From Antedon mediterranea (taxonomy: Eukaryota > Animalia > Echinodermata), in assembly GCF_964355755.1 (NCBI RefSeq), contig NC_092672.1:3224001-3288000 (forward strand): a stretch of DNA of 64,000 nt, in the 5' to 3' direction. The notes under the pieces are model-generated. The model searched no databases. It saw nothing but the letters and a program-made list of their open reading frames with translations, and had not been told where the DNA came from. The stretch's first letter is position 1. Every line of letters begins with the position of its first letter. This document shows, one piece after another, positions 36,944 through 49,025 of this stretch. A program made the translations under genes and the position numbers.

Positions 36944-38659
36944 AGGAAAAAAGAGCACGATACTTGAAGAGAACAAGTTCAGCTGTCTGGAACTCACCTA
37001 TTTTTAGCAAATATTAGTTGTCAACCATTCATGTTACATTATCTTAATAATTATTAATAGTTCATCATTAGAATACTCCACAGTATTATTTTAGTCTACC
37101 TTAAGCTCTATCTACACTATCAAACTTTATGTGACAAAAACAATGTGATGTGTGCCCATTTATGGACCATATTTGGGCACGTTTGATAGTGTAGACAGAG
37201 CTTAAGGTAGACTAAAATAATACTGTGGAGTATTCTAATGATGGGATGAACAGTTCTTGATTGTAAAGTTACTGTTTTGTGTGTACTGAATGAATTGTAG
37301 ATTATTTGTGCTAATTCATATACCGATAACGACGACAATATGAATCAATGGTATAAAAAGAAAAGGCGAGTGATACTACAGAAAATATTTTGGTTGTTTT
37401 GGCCCAGTTGTATACAAAAGTTTGGAATACTTTACTATTTTGAGCTAGTTGTAAAAAAAAATGTCTTTTTTTAAATATTACCTTTATTTTCCGGGTATAA
37501 TTGTGATTATTAATTTGACAGAGCAGTTCAGTTTGCTTAATGTATTTTCACACCGCACACAATTGTGAATATTTTGTGTTTCATAATGTTAATGCTAATA
37601 CTGTACATTAGTGTAAATTGATAGCATTGGTAGGATACTGCTTAGTGGGTGTGCATGTCAATAATATATATGTGATTTTTTAAATGTAAATTATAACCTA
37701 TTTCTTTAGTCTTGTGTGATAACTTAATTCCCATTCTTTAAACATATTTAAATACAATTTAAGTTTGATTGTCTTATTGGGAAATACCATTATTAATTTA
37801 TGTATGTTTGGTATGTTGATGGCTTAAAATGTATTTTGTTCATAATATGGTTGAGCGATAGATTTGTATATAGCACAAACATTTAAATGTTTAAAACCTG
37901 TGAATTTGTAAGAATTATTGTAAAACGTAAGAAGTGTGTAGAACATGAATTTATTTGATTTCATTATATTGTTTTCAGTGACGGGTGCTCTCTTCATAAC
38001 AAATAAATAGGATGAGATTGAACCTAATTTTGTGTTATTATTTTAATATCTTTGTTACAATTGGAATGATATAGCCAAACGAGAATTGTTACAACGATGA
38101 AAATATAACTCGTAAAATCCGTCAGGCTGCTTTGATATAAACTGCTGAAAAAAAGTACATAAGGCCCATCAAAATAATTAAAGAGTGATGTATGTACAGT
38201 AGCCTAAGAGTGATGTATGTACAGTAGCCTATCAAGAGTGATGTATGTACAGTAGCCTATCTAAAATGTTATCGCAGAACATTTGCTATACACAATAATA
38301 CAAAGAATAAACTGCAACAATATTTGTAATAGAAATGGTACCCTTTGATAGTTCAATCGATATCAAGGAATATGTGGTAAAGAACTTGAGTTACTCTGCT
38401 TAAACGATTATTTCTGAGAATGTAATGCCGTTGTTGCCAGAGACGCTGCTGGAATTATCACAATGGATAATTGTAAATCGCCGCAAATTACTGATGATAC
38501 TCAACGTGTCGTTGACGATACTACAAATACGACTTATTTTGTGAGAACTGAAAGCGAATGGAGACCAAGTAAGTAGTTCAGTAGTCCTTTCTGAGAGTCT
38601 GGATATCGGCGAAAACAAAGGATGTAAATGTTAAGAAAGCATCAGCAGTAGTAGTTTTA

Positions 38660-38962
38660 ATATGTATATTGCTGATCTTTCTACCATGATCTCATCCCAC
38701 ATGCCAAAATATGCTGACGACACTGTTCTCTATAGAGTAATAAAATCCCCAGTTGATTGTGACTTTTTACAGGCTGACCTCAACTCTATCATTAAATGGG
38801 GTGAAACAAATCATATGTCCCTCAATCCTGATAAATGTAAAGTCATGGAAATAACCCGCTCGAAAAACAACTCTTTCCAATATTTCATCCTAAATAATCA
38901 AATCAAAACGGTGTCCCACTATAAATACCTTGGAGTTACTTTAACGTCGGATTTATTATGGC
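38660..38962 (+). mobile_element. LINE RT fragment (YADD) at the junction between the inverted and direct duplications
   Basis: KYADDTVLYRVIKSPVDCDFLQADLNSIIKW...LNPDKCKVM...YKYLGVTLTSDLLW. Confidence 0.85.
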
Positions 38963-40047
38963 CAGGTCACCTAACAAAATATGTATTTCCTTTTTGACAA
39001 ACAACAACATTGTATTGACTTCATGAAAAGGGAAATAAAAATGTTTAAAGTGGCCTTTTTTTTGTACTATGTACTATTATAATTAAGTTGGAATTTTTTG
39101 TTTGAGATCATGTCAATACTGTATTATTCTGCTGCAGTTACTGCAGTAATTGCATTTTGTTTACTCTTTATTAACCTGTTTATGCAATTATATATCAAGC
39201 TCTTTTCTGGGTACAATACACATTGTTTATTATTGCAGTGACTGTCTCATAAATACATTAGAACAAAAATCATATATTATTTTTTAATAGAGAATATGAG
39301 ATACTGTATAAACAGTCTGGCACAGATTTAGCAGTTCACAATTTGCACATTCATTTTAGCAACAGTGCGTAACAAATAATAAACCTATTCTTATAAATGT
39401 ATGTTTACGTAACCTATCTTAATGTGATCATAACCACACATTATTATAACAATACAGTACAATTATTCTGGTATAAGGCTTATTTATCAGAAATATATAA
39501 GTCGGTGTTCTTCGTCAATAAAGCCAGTTTTTTTGCTGAAATAACTGTACGAACAGAACTTCAGTTGTTTGTGTGTATGCAAATAGTAGTTTTATATTTA
39601 TTGTATTTTTATGTACAGTAATTGATCTGTATTGGCCAACTATCACAACTGAACAATTGTATGCCACGGAATTTTTAAACATGTTGCATTATAACATAAA
39701 AAAATGAACGCGTGTGAAGCTTTAGAAACACACAAAATGTGTTGCGCTACTGGCGCTCCATAGTTCAGGGTAGCGCCCCTGTACGTTCAAAAACTTTTAA
39801 AAGTTTTTCGCTAAAAAAGGCGGGTGTTCAGATGACCTCGGGCTTTCTAATTGAGGCAAAGACGTTTCCAAATAAGTAAATTTACATGACAAATATTTTA
39901 AATAATTAAATGAACTAGAGGGTGAGCTCGCTTCGCTCGCTCCCCCTCTAGGAAGTGTAGACGATGGTTCTCGGAATGATAAAAATGTTCTCCTTGTATG
40001 TTTTCTGTCGGTTACCATTATTGAAAATGCTTGACATTCGTAAAACT

Positions 40048-41976
40048 CAGGCCCGTAGCCAGGGGGATTTTTTGGAGTTCGGGCGAACCCCCCACCTTTT
40101 TTTGCGCGAATCCCCCTTTTACCAGCGAACCCCCCTTGAAAAACAAAGGCCCCACTTCCAAAATCGTGCAATTACTTATCAATTATAGCAGATTTTTTGG
40201 TCATTTTACTTCTATTGACTATGTTTAAATCGATCGAATATACAGATTGTCCGATGTCAAAGTCACTGCTGAGCGTGAGATCGAGAGATTGTTGAGAGAT
40301 GATGGTTATAAATATGACAGAAAAATGGACTGACCAATCGCGTGCTTCGGCCGGGCTTTTCGGAACGCACAAGATCACGTTCAGTTCAGTTCAATCTTTT
40401 TGGGGATTTTTATTTTTTTCCTGGAAATATTTTTCATTAAACCGTACCAAAGAATTTCACTGTGTAAACTTGAATAAAAATGGTGCTGAGTTAAATTGGT
40501 ACGTGTACGTAGGCCTACCGAATATTTCGGTGTATAAGACGCACTTTTGACACGCAAATTTGACCTCTAAATGTTACCCTAATTAATTTAATTACCTACT
40601 AATACTTAAATTAATTAAAATTAGTGTACTACTCTGCAATGTAGGCCTAGCTAGTTACTCACTTCTGTCTAACCACAGTGTGGTAACAAGTTTATTGAAT
40701 TTTTAGTTAAGGTAAATTGTCATCCTCGACTGTATTAATATTACAGTACGCATTAGATATTCTACCCAGGCCTAGTAATACTCTCTGAACTCGCGGGTGT
40801 GTATTATTATTATATATTCTAGCAGCATGCAGCATCACAGCGCAACACATTTATGGAAGAGTCCATTAATTACGGTGGTGTCACATTTTAATTACACAAT
40901 AACTATTTCCCTTGATCACGGTGGTTTATTTTTATTACATCTCTATGTCAACAATCACATAATTTTATAATCATGTAGGCAATAGTTCGTATGTCAAGCG
41001 ATATCTAAAAGAGTGTGTTGTTATTGTGTTAAGTAGCTTCCCCTAATCTCATAGTGTATATGGCCAACAGTGCTGGACACCAGGCAAGGAGCACATGGTT
41101 AGTGCTCTCCTCTCCTCATATTGCTGTAATGCATGCATGGAAATAGGAAAGATTTTCATATAGGCCTACCCAACATGATATTCCTGGTTCATTATCAGCC
41201 CAAAAAACTGAACATCATTTGGGTTGATTTTATAATGGTCATACACACAATAAGAAGGTATATATTTAAATAATATGAAATTAAAGTTACTTAAATAGAC
41301 ATAGGCTAGCCCTACCCACACAGTGCATCGTAACTGAAACAATATGGGGATTTCCCTTTTCATTGAACGTTCAGTTGAAGTAGAGACTGATTACGATGTA
41401 ATAAAGGCAATCAAACAAAATTATATCATTTGATTCTAATAAATGTCTCAAATATCGTTGTTTTATTATTAAAATACCATTGTTTTGATTGTAAAATGTT
41501 TAAATTTCGGCCTAGAAATAAGTGCGTCTTATGCATCGACTACATAAAAAATACTAATATTTCAGTCTCCGTTATGGGTGCGTCTTATACACAGGTGCGA
41601 CTTGTACACCGAAATATACGGTACTATTTGTTTTTTATGTTTATAGGATAAGAAATTATTTAAGGGCCTAATATAATATACTTTTTTGCAACAATAAAGC
41701 TGTATTTCATGATCAGTACTACTAACTTCCATAATACTGTACTATATAATTTCTCTGCATAATTCAGATTTTAGTAGGTAAAAAATGTCTCTGTAAGCTT
41801 ATTAAAACAACCGAAATTGCTCTGAGAGCCAAAGCTTCCAGGGGCCTTCGCCCCCTGGACCCCGACCGGGGGCCCTTGGCAGCCCCCTGGCCCCCAGCCT
41901 ACAGTTGCTCGCTGCGCTCGCAAAATACTTGGTGTCAAGAAAACCCCCCCTCTGATGCATTCTGGCTACGGGCCTG
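40048..41976. mobile_element. Non-autonomous hAT-like element with 5-bp TSD
   Basis: 15-bp TIR CAGGCCCGTAGCCAG; TSD AAACT; empty site at 11761-11782. Confidence 0.85.
40516..41623. mobile_element. Tc1/mariner-superfamily (pogo/Tc2-like) MITE nested in the hAT element
   Basis: TA-CCGAATATTTCGGTGTATAAGACGCAC ... GTGCGACTTGTACACCGAAATATACGG-TA. Confidence 0.75.
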
Positions 41977-42422
41977 AAACTAAACTACTCTGTTTCACAG
42001 TGTTTTAGATGATTAATAACATTTTAAAGTATAGTGTTTATTGTTTGGTAGGGCCCTTTGGGGAGGCGGAGTTCATTTGAGGGAGGTGCTTATTCGAGGG
42101 ATATAATAATGTAAAAATTTTTAGTTTTAATAATATGGTAACATTTATAATCAAATGAAATCCTCTAATATGAAAAGTGGTAAAAAAGAATAACAAATGC
42201 TTGGTAAATTGTAGATAACAGTGCGATGAATTCTACTACAAATAGTATAATGATTATTATTCAGTGATGTTTTATTGGAGAGGCGTTTATTCAAATAAAT
42301 ACCATCCTAATAATTTGAAACTAACTGCCGTGACATACAGAGTGGGCCCAAGAAAGAAGACATTACGGCTTGCAACATGGGCAGACATCTCGGTCCTAAC
42401 GGGACACAGATTGAGTAAGCTG

Positions 42423-43758
42423 CAGGGGCGCAGCCAGCAAAGAATTAATGGGGGGGTCAACCAATATGCGAGTATTTTGCGAGCGAAGCGAGCAACCATG
42501 GGCTGGGGGCCAGGGGGCCGCCAAGGGCCCCCGGTTGGGCTCCAGGGGGCGAAGCCCCCTGGAAGCTTTGGCGGTCTAGCGCAATCTAGATCATTTGAAT
42601 CGGTTTACGCACACACAAATATGACAATGTTAACACTAATAAACTGAAACAAAGAAAACAAAAACAACTCTCATTTTCATTACAGAACATTTTTATATTC
42701 CAGGCTGCCACAGACAAACACTTTTTTTCTTGCTTGTTTGTTGATTTGTGTAGAGAGGCTAGCTGTAAACTCAGAGGAGGAATTATTTGAATTCCTCCTT
42801 TTTCACCAATACAAAAGTTGCATGAAATGAACGCAGAGTTGCAAAAGTTTGAAAAAAGAAATTAGAATGATAGCATGGAGTGATATTATTAAATGAGAAC
42901 CGTAAGGTTAGAGTTCATACACTGTGCAAGTCCAAGAAGCTATCTTGGCTCCGTGTGTATGTGAGACGCTTATCATACCCAGTACATACAATATTTTGTT
43001 TAAAAATATACCTATTTTGTTCGAATGTATAGTATAGGTGATAGCTTATACATAATTGTAATAACTAACTTCTAAATTATTATCATACATTTTACGTTAG
43101 TTACTATAACGGCGCTCTAGACATCGCGTGATGCATCTTTAAACATAAGTTTGGAACATTCTTCTCGGCTTGGAGACAGAATTCGCGAATGACATTCTCT
43201 GTATTAATGTTCATGTTAAAGTGTATGTTCATGAGGCACAATCCCGAAAGCTGCTCATAAGACATGTGATTTCGCAAACAGGTTTTCGTTCTCCACAAAG
43301 TCGAAAAACTCCGCTCAGCAGACGTTACGGGAATTGGCCTACGCGATTAGAAGAAGTGAACGCACAATCGGAAACACATCTGGATCCGCTAATTTTACAC
43401 AGTCGCTTCTTCCATCACTGAAGCTCGGAATGAAGATGTTCGTGTCTTGGCAGATCATCGCACCAAATTCAAGTTCCTTGAAGACTTCTTCAACATTACA
43501 CTTCACGATAGACTCGGGTGCTACGCCAAATATTTTAAAGCATGACCTGTTATCGGAAGAAAAACGGGTTTTTAACTCGGTTTGTAAATGATCAAGAAGT
43601 TGATTTGGTAATAGTGCTCGGTAGTAATCTTCCACAGTATCTCCAGGATGATTTGATCTGTATTGTTGTCTCATGTTTTTATTTATTTTTTCTAAAAAAA
43701 AAGGGGAGTCAGGACCCCCGTGACCCCCCCTCTCCCCCCTCTACTGGCTGCGCCCCTG
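42423..43758 (-). mobile_element. Internally deleted hAT transposon with transposase remnant and 5-bp TSD
   Basis: 15-bp TIR CAGGGGCGCAGCCAG; TSD AGCTG; minus-strand 43674-43140 encodes RQQYRSNHP..EDYYR..LDHLQTELKTRF, FPIVRSLLLI, LPVTSAERSFSTLWRTKTCLRNHMS..LSGLCLMNIH (hAT dimerisation domain, P52rIPK-like). Confidence 0.9.
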
Positions 43759-45616
43759 AGCTGGCAGGAATAACTATAGATTATTCCTGCCAGCTTACTC
43801 AATCAACTATCGGGATTTCACTCGATTTTAAACAAAATGTCTTATCATCAAATCTTCCTATGTAATTTTATAATACTATTTCCCACAATATATTCCGATT
43901 CTTTATGGAGTATATTTAATTTGATCTTTATTAATTTGCAGTATAATTTTTATTTTTTACTACTGTACCTTCACACACGCGCGGCGCGGTTTTTTTCTTC
44001 CTTCTTCCAAAGGGACACTGTATTGATTGATGGAAAGTGCCTGTTTCCAGTCACCTTTAGGGTCAAATATATTATTTTAACTGCTCCCTTGTGTATAAAA
44101 GAGAGAAAATAGTTGAAACCAGGTTGTTGCAAGGTGAACCCGGAAATTACTTTGACCAGCGAAGAATTGAAATTGAGTAGAAAATCTACTGTTGAAATCA
44201 TAAATTGTGTTAAAAAACTCTTTATAAATATCTTCCTCTACTAAGATATAAATATGAAACAATAGCGTCGATGTGAAAACTAATGTTATCAAATCTACGT
44301 TTCGCGGTACATCTGAGGTAGATAAGGTAGGTATCCAAGGCGGAGATTTACCAAAGTTTTTGCATTGTGCTCGCCTATGTCAGAATTAACCATAATTTAT
44401 ATATAGATGAATCAATTGAACCTTTAAAAAAAAAACTTCAGCGCATATGCACGCAATTATTCTCTTTCTGTAGCTTATATTTGTGTGTTATTTTTCAGCT
44501 GCTAGAGTTGATACGCATACTAAATCTTAATCATTTTCAATTTTCTATCATTGAGTGCTACTATCGACGATAGTGGTGGTTATGATCGTACCGGTAGCTA
44601 TATAGTCACCCAAACTCATCATTAGTATTTCTAATTTAGAAAGTGAACTGCTCATAATATTCAAAATTATTCATAGGCTGAATGTATAATCATAGCTAAT
44701 TTGTGTCTTAAGAGGATGTCCACAATAAAGTAATAAGTTTTAATTTAATTGTTATCCTTGGATTGTAATAACTGATTGCATCATGAGTTCAGAGAATCAA
44801 TCTATATGGTTATTTTAATCATTAAGATCACTTCTATATGATTTTTTTGATGCAACGCAATTAAGGACGTGAGCACGCGATTTAGTTGACCAATCACGGC
44901 GGCGCGATGGATCTGTTGTTTGTGTGGTCAATTTCAATTGCGTCGTGAATGCCTACGTTCCATCGTAGCTTGAAACCAATCCTTAAACCTATACATTTAG
45001 TTTATGGTCCATGCTCGGACCCTACTTAGAACAACTTGTCTGAGTTGAAACTTTAAACACATTTAGCCTCAATGCTCCAGCTTTCTTTAATTGTTCTTTT
45101 TCATTAGATATCCGAACATTACTTACTCTCTTCAAATATTTACTCAAAAACCACCCAGGTAGCTTTAAATTAATTCATTTTAAGCACATTCTGACGATTT
45201 CTATTAAATTTGTATTATTCTGGTGGTCAACTTCGGTTGGATGGACCATCCTCATAAAATACATAAACAATAATTAAATAGGTCTAGTAGAAAGATGGAG
45301 GACGTACAACAAAGACAACGCATGAACAAATGTGTTAGATTATTTAAAAAAAAAAAATTCCTGTTTCCACCAGTCGTGACATAACAAAACGTTACATGCA
45401 TCCGTCGGGAGTACGAGTTCGAACTTGCTCTACTCCAATACCGGGGTTTCACGAAGCTGCAACTCAACCACAGCCTTACACTGTGCGCTAACTGACCAGT
45501 CGTATATGTCAATAAAATGTGAACTTGTAGATAGTTTTAGGTAATCTCTTCTTCCTCGGTCACATTTGCCTAGACTGAAGAAGAGATTACGTTCCTAAAT
45601 GTACTTAACCTAACCT

Positions 45617-46822
45617 GACTAAAGCTTTTGATCGTGTTGATCATAATGTTATTATAAAAAAGTTGATTGAACTGGGTGTGAGGTCGTCCATAATTCCTAT
45701 TGTCTGCAGCTTTCTCACTTACCGTTCTCTCAACACCAAGTTTGCTGGGATTTTGTCATCTTCCAAGTTAATGACTTGTGGTGTCCTACAGGGGACATTG
45801 CTTGGCCCTGTACTTTTCCTAGTACTTGTTAACGATGCTTGTGTTGATTGCTGCAGACGATGGAAATATGTGGATGACCTCAGCCTTGGGCAAGTCGTTT
45901 GCAAAGGTGATTTGCCTTCCATGCAATCCCTGTTAGATGGTCTGAGTGTTTGGTGTTCATCGAATAATATGATACCCAAACCTTCCAAATGCCATATCTT
46001 GGTTGTCAATTTTCTTAAGGACAAGTTGGATGATATTATATCGCCTTCCTTCTTTTAGTCCGAGTGGTTCCATTTTACAAGTAGTTGATCACATGACGCT
46101 TCTTGGTGTAATCATTCAAAATGACCTAAAATGGGAACTTAACACTAATAATATTGTGTCTAGAGCTTCTAGACGTTTATTTTTCTTGTGCATTTTGAAG
46201 AAAGCTGGAATCTTAATTAATGATCTGTTGACTGTTTATATGGCTTATATAAGACCTATATTATGCTGCCCCTGTTTGGCATGGCGCTATCACTGAAGAT
46301 ATTGAAAAGGTACAAAGAGGGCATTGCGAATCATGCTAGGTAACAACAACTATTTGTGCTATTATCATGCATTGTCTGTTACTGGATTACCTACTCTTGT
46401 AGAGAGAAGAAACTAACTAGTGTTGTCTTTCGGGGAAGGCTTATTAAAATCCGAGCTGTTTAGAGAAATACTTCCCCCTCTTCATAAGCCAGCTTGGTCT
46501 CTCAGAGTCAACCGCTTTCTCGAAGTACCTCATTGTAAAACCAGCAGACTTAGGTCGTCTCCAGTTCCTACCATGGTGGATAAAATTAATAGGCGCCACC
46601 AGCTTTTTATTTCTTTTTTTTTACCCCAGTATTTTTAAGATATCTAATAAGTGAATGTTTTTATTCATGTATGTTTTTATAATTCATGGTACGATATTTA
46701 ATTTTAATAGGATGTTTCTATTTTTATAGCAATTTAAACTAATTTTTATATATTTGTAATGCAATTCATTTCAGTCCTGACTGTCATTTTGTTATATATT
46801 TTTAATATACAGGAAAAAAAAA
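45617..46822 (+). mobile_element. LINE (L2/CR1 group) RT fragment, duplicate of 14079-15285
   Basis: GVLQGTLLGPVLFLVLVND...KYVDDL; frameshifts. Confidence 0.85.
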
Positions 46823-46975
46823 ATATATCTAATACTGCATTCCTTTTTAAAATTTTAGTGGATTGATTTTCTCAAAAATTGTTTTTCATCCAACAATTTG
46901 TTTTGTGAACATTTTACTCAGTAAAGTCTTTGGCAATACTATGTCTCTTGTCTTCAGAAAACAATTCATTGATTC

Positions 46976-48058
46976 TCATCGGTAAGACTCTGCTCTGAAA
47001 GAAAAGTAACAAATTATTAAATTATTTTGTTTGATGATCTTGTTTATATATATATATAAATATATTCTAATGCTTTGCAAAGGACCATCAAACAAAATAA
47101 TTAAATAATTTATATTATATATATATATATATATACAAATCTTTATATAATTTTCCACAATAATATTTACAGCAGAACAGAGGGTACATTATGCAATGCA
47201 ACAACTGCAACAATATTAAGTATTTATATTAATAAACTTATACATATAAAAAACAGTAGTAAAATGCTATTCACATTTTTGATCAAACACTTGATTAAAG
47301 ATTAAAGTTCTGTCTAGACTATCAAACTAGTTTGACAAAAAACTGTGATGTACACAATATGGTTGTGATATGCCCAAATATATTATATCATTGTGTCCAT
47401 ATTTGGGCACATCACATTTTTTGTCACATAAAGTTTGATAGTGTAGACAGAGCTTTATACATACTGTCAAAAATGCTATTCAAATTTTTGAACATTTATA
47501 CTGTAAAGAAGTTTCCAAATACTTGATTTTAACTTACCTTGCAAATATAATCATGGCGATGAGGCTAAAAATGAATTCAAATGCAAGGAAAATAATTGGA
47601 ATTATATTTAAAATGAGCTCAACACGTAGCACGTATGGTTGCCATTTAAGGTAATACACATAAACAAAGATAAGAGTGAGTGAGTGGCCGAGCGGTTAAG
47701 ACAGTGGAACCGTAATTACGTAGCCATAACATCGGCAGGGGTTCGAGGCTCACTCACTCCATGGTTCTGGTGGTAGAACGAGTCTTCTCGGATAAGGACT
47801 ATAAACCGTAGGCCCAGTGTACACATCTAGCTCGTGTGCACTTTAAAGAACCTAGTACATCTTTCGAGACGAGTAGGGGGTTACCCCGGTGTATTAGTAC
47901 ATGACAGCCACTGATCACCAACTTACCTTGCAAATGTAATCATGGCGATGAGGCTAAAAATGAATTCACGTAATACATATAAACAAAGAAGACTGGTACG
48001 CATAACGCCAATGATACACCAAGATGCGGTAGCTTCTCTGTTAAATTACCCTTTTTCA
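46976..48058 (-). pseudogene. TMEM216-like orphan exons: terminal exon (46994-46976, RAESYR*), 47538-47670 (SINE-truncated) and 47927-48058 (internally deleted)
   Basis: KKGNLTEKLPHLGVSLALCVPVFFVYMYY in ORF 47940-48242; splice sites retained; upstream exons absent. Confidence 0.85.
47674..47922 (+). mobile_element. tRNA-derived SINE, duplicate of 16133-16380
   Basis: Near-identical sequence and same junctions. Confidence 0.85.
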
Positions 48059-48359
48059 CTAAAATAAAATAATTGAAATGTGTGAAATCGTACGAAACTG
48101 AGAATTTAACTTCAGTTGTATGTGTATGCGTATGCAAATACTGTAGTAGTTTTATATATATTGTATTTTTATGAACAGTAATTGATCTGTATTGGCCAAC
48201 TATCACGCCTGAACAACTATATGCCACAGATTTGTTGAACATGTAGCCTGTGTGTCATTTCTGCTTAGGTTTGTTCAACATCTTTGATATTCATTCATAA
48301 TAGATCAAAATGAAGGCGCCGTGGAAGAAACACACAAAATGTTTTTCGCTACTGGCGCT

Positions 48360-48960
48360 CCATAGTTCAACAGGAAGAGGTTGCTATAACAAACTTTACC
48401 TCCCGCGCCGCGATGCAGCCTAGAATTTAGGCCAAGCAAGGCTAGGCCTTAATTCTTTGCTTTAAGAAACTGATTTAAGAAATGTAATTAGACCAGTCTT
48501 TAAATAAAATGCAACTAGTAAACCAGGCCAATATACTTTTTAATGCTGATCTGTGTACGGTATAGTATTATTACACGTATTTACTGCTAACTTGCCAGCG
48601 CGGCCTACTCTAATAGACACTGTCAGTGTCAGTCAGTAGGCTCGACGTTATGCCTCATCAATTGATCAGTTATTTTCAGACCCCTGCTGAGTGGTCGGCA
48701 TAGGCCTAGGCCTAGAACTATATTGCTTCTCATAGCAAAAGATGGGACTACTAGGAAATAGCAAGAGATAACATTTTGTATCTTTATTAAACCCCACTGA
48801 AATGGTACCGGTCGTAGATTAATAAAAGAAGTTGGAAAATAAAGAGATTTATGCCCTACTACTAGGAGTACTACTAGCCTTAGGAGCTAGGCCTAGTAGT
48901 ACTAGGCTAGTAGGCTCTCTCTAGCTAGGTAGGTAGGCCTAGGCTAGGCTAGGCTAGAGG
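48360..48960 (+). promoter_or_regulatory. Probable promoter/5' region of the coiled-coil gene
   Basis: CpG-containing patch, X-box-like GTTGCTATAACAAAC (48380-48394), dense TAGGCCTA motifs; lies upstream of acceptor at 50561. Confidence 0.4.
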
Positions 48961-49025
48961 GCTATACATTATTCCGTGCTCTATTTTCCATTTGGTTTGA
49001 TTTCACTTGCAAAATAATATTGGTG

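Larger units (their letters stand above)
32630..38731 (+). repeat. Right arm of large inverted duplication
   Basis: See left arm; homology ends inside the LINE fragment near 38731/23296. Confidence 0.93.
38958..47968 (+). repeat. Direct segmental duplication, copy 2 (expanded by two hAT insertions)
   Basis: Collinear with 10441-16425 apart from insertions 40048-41976 and 42423-43758 and small indels. Confidence 0.95.
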
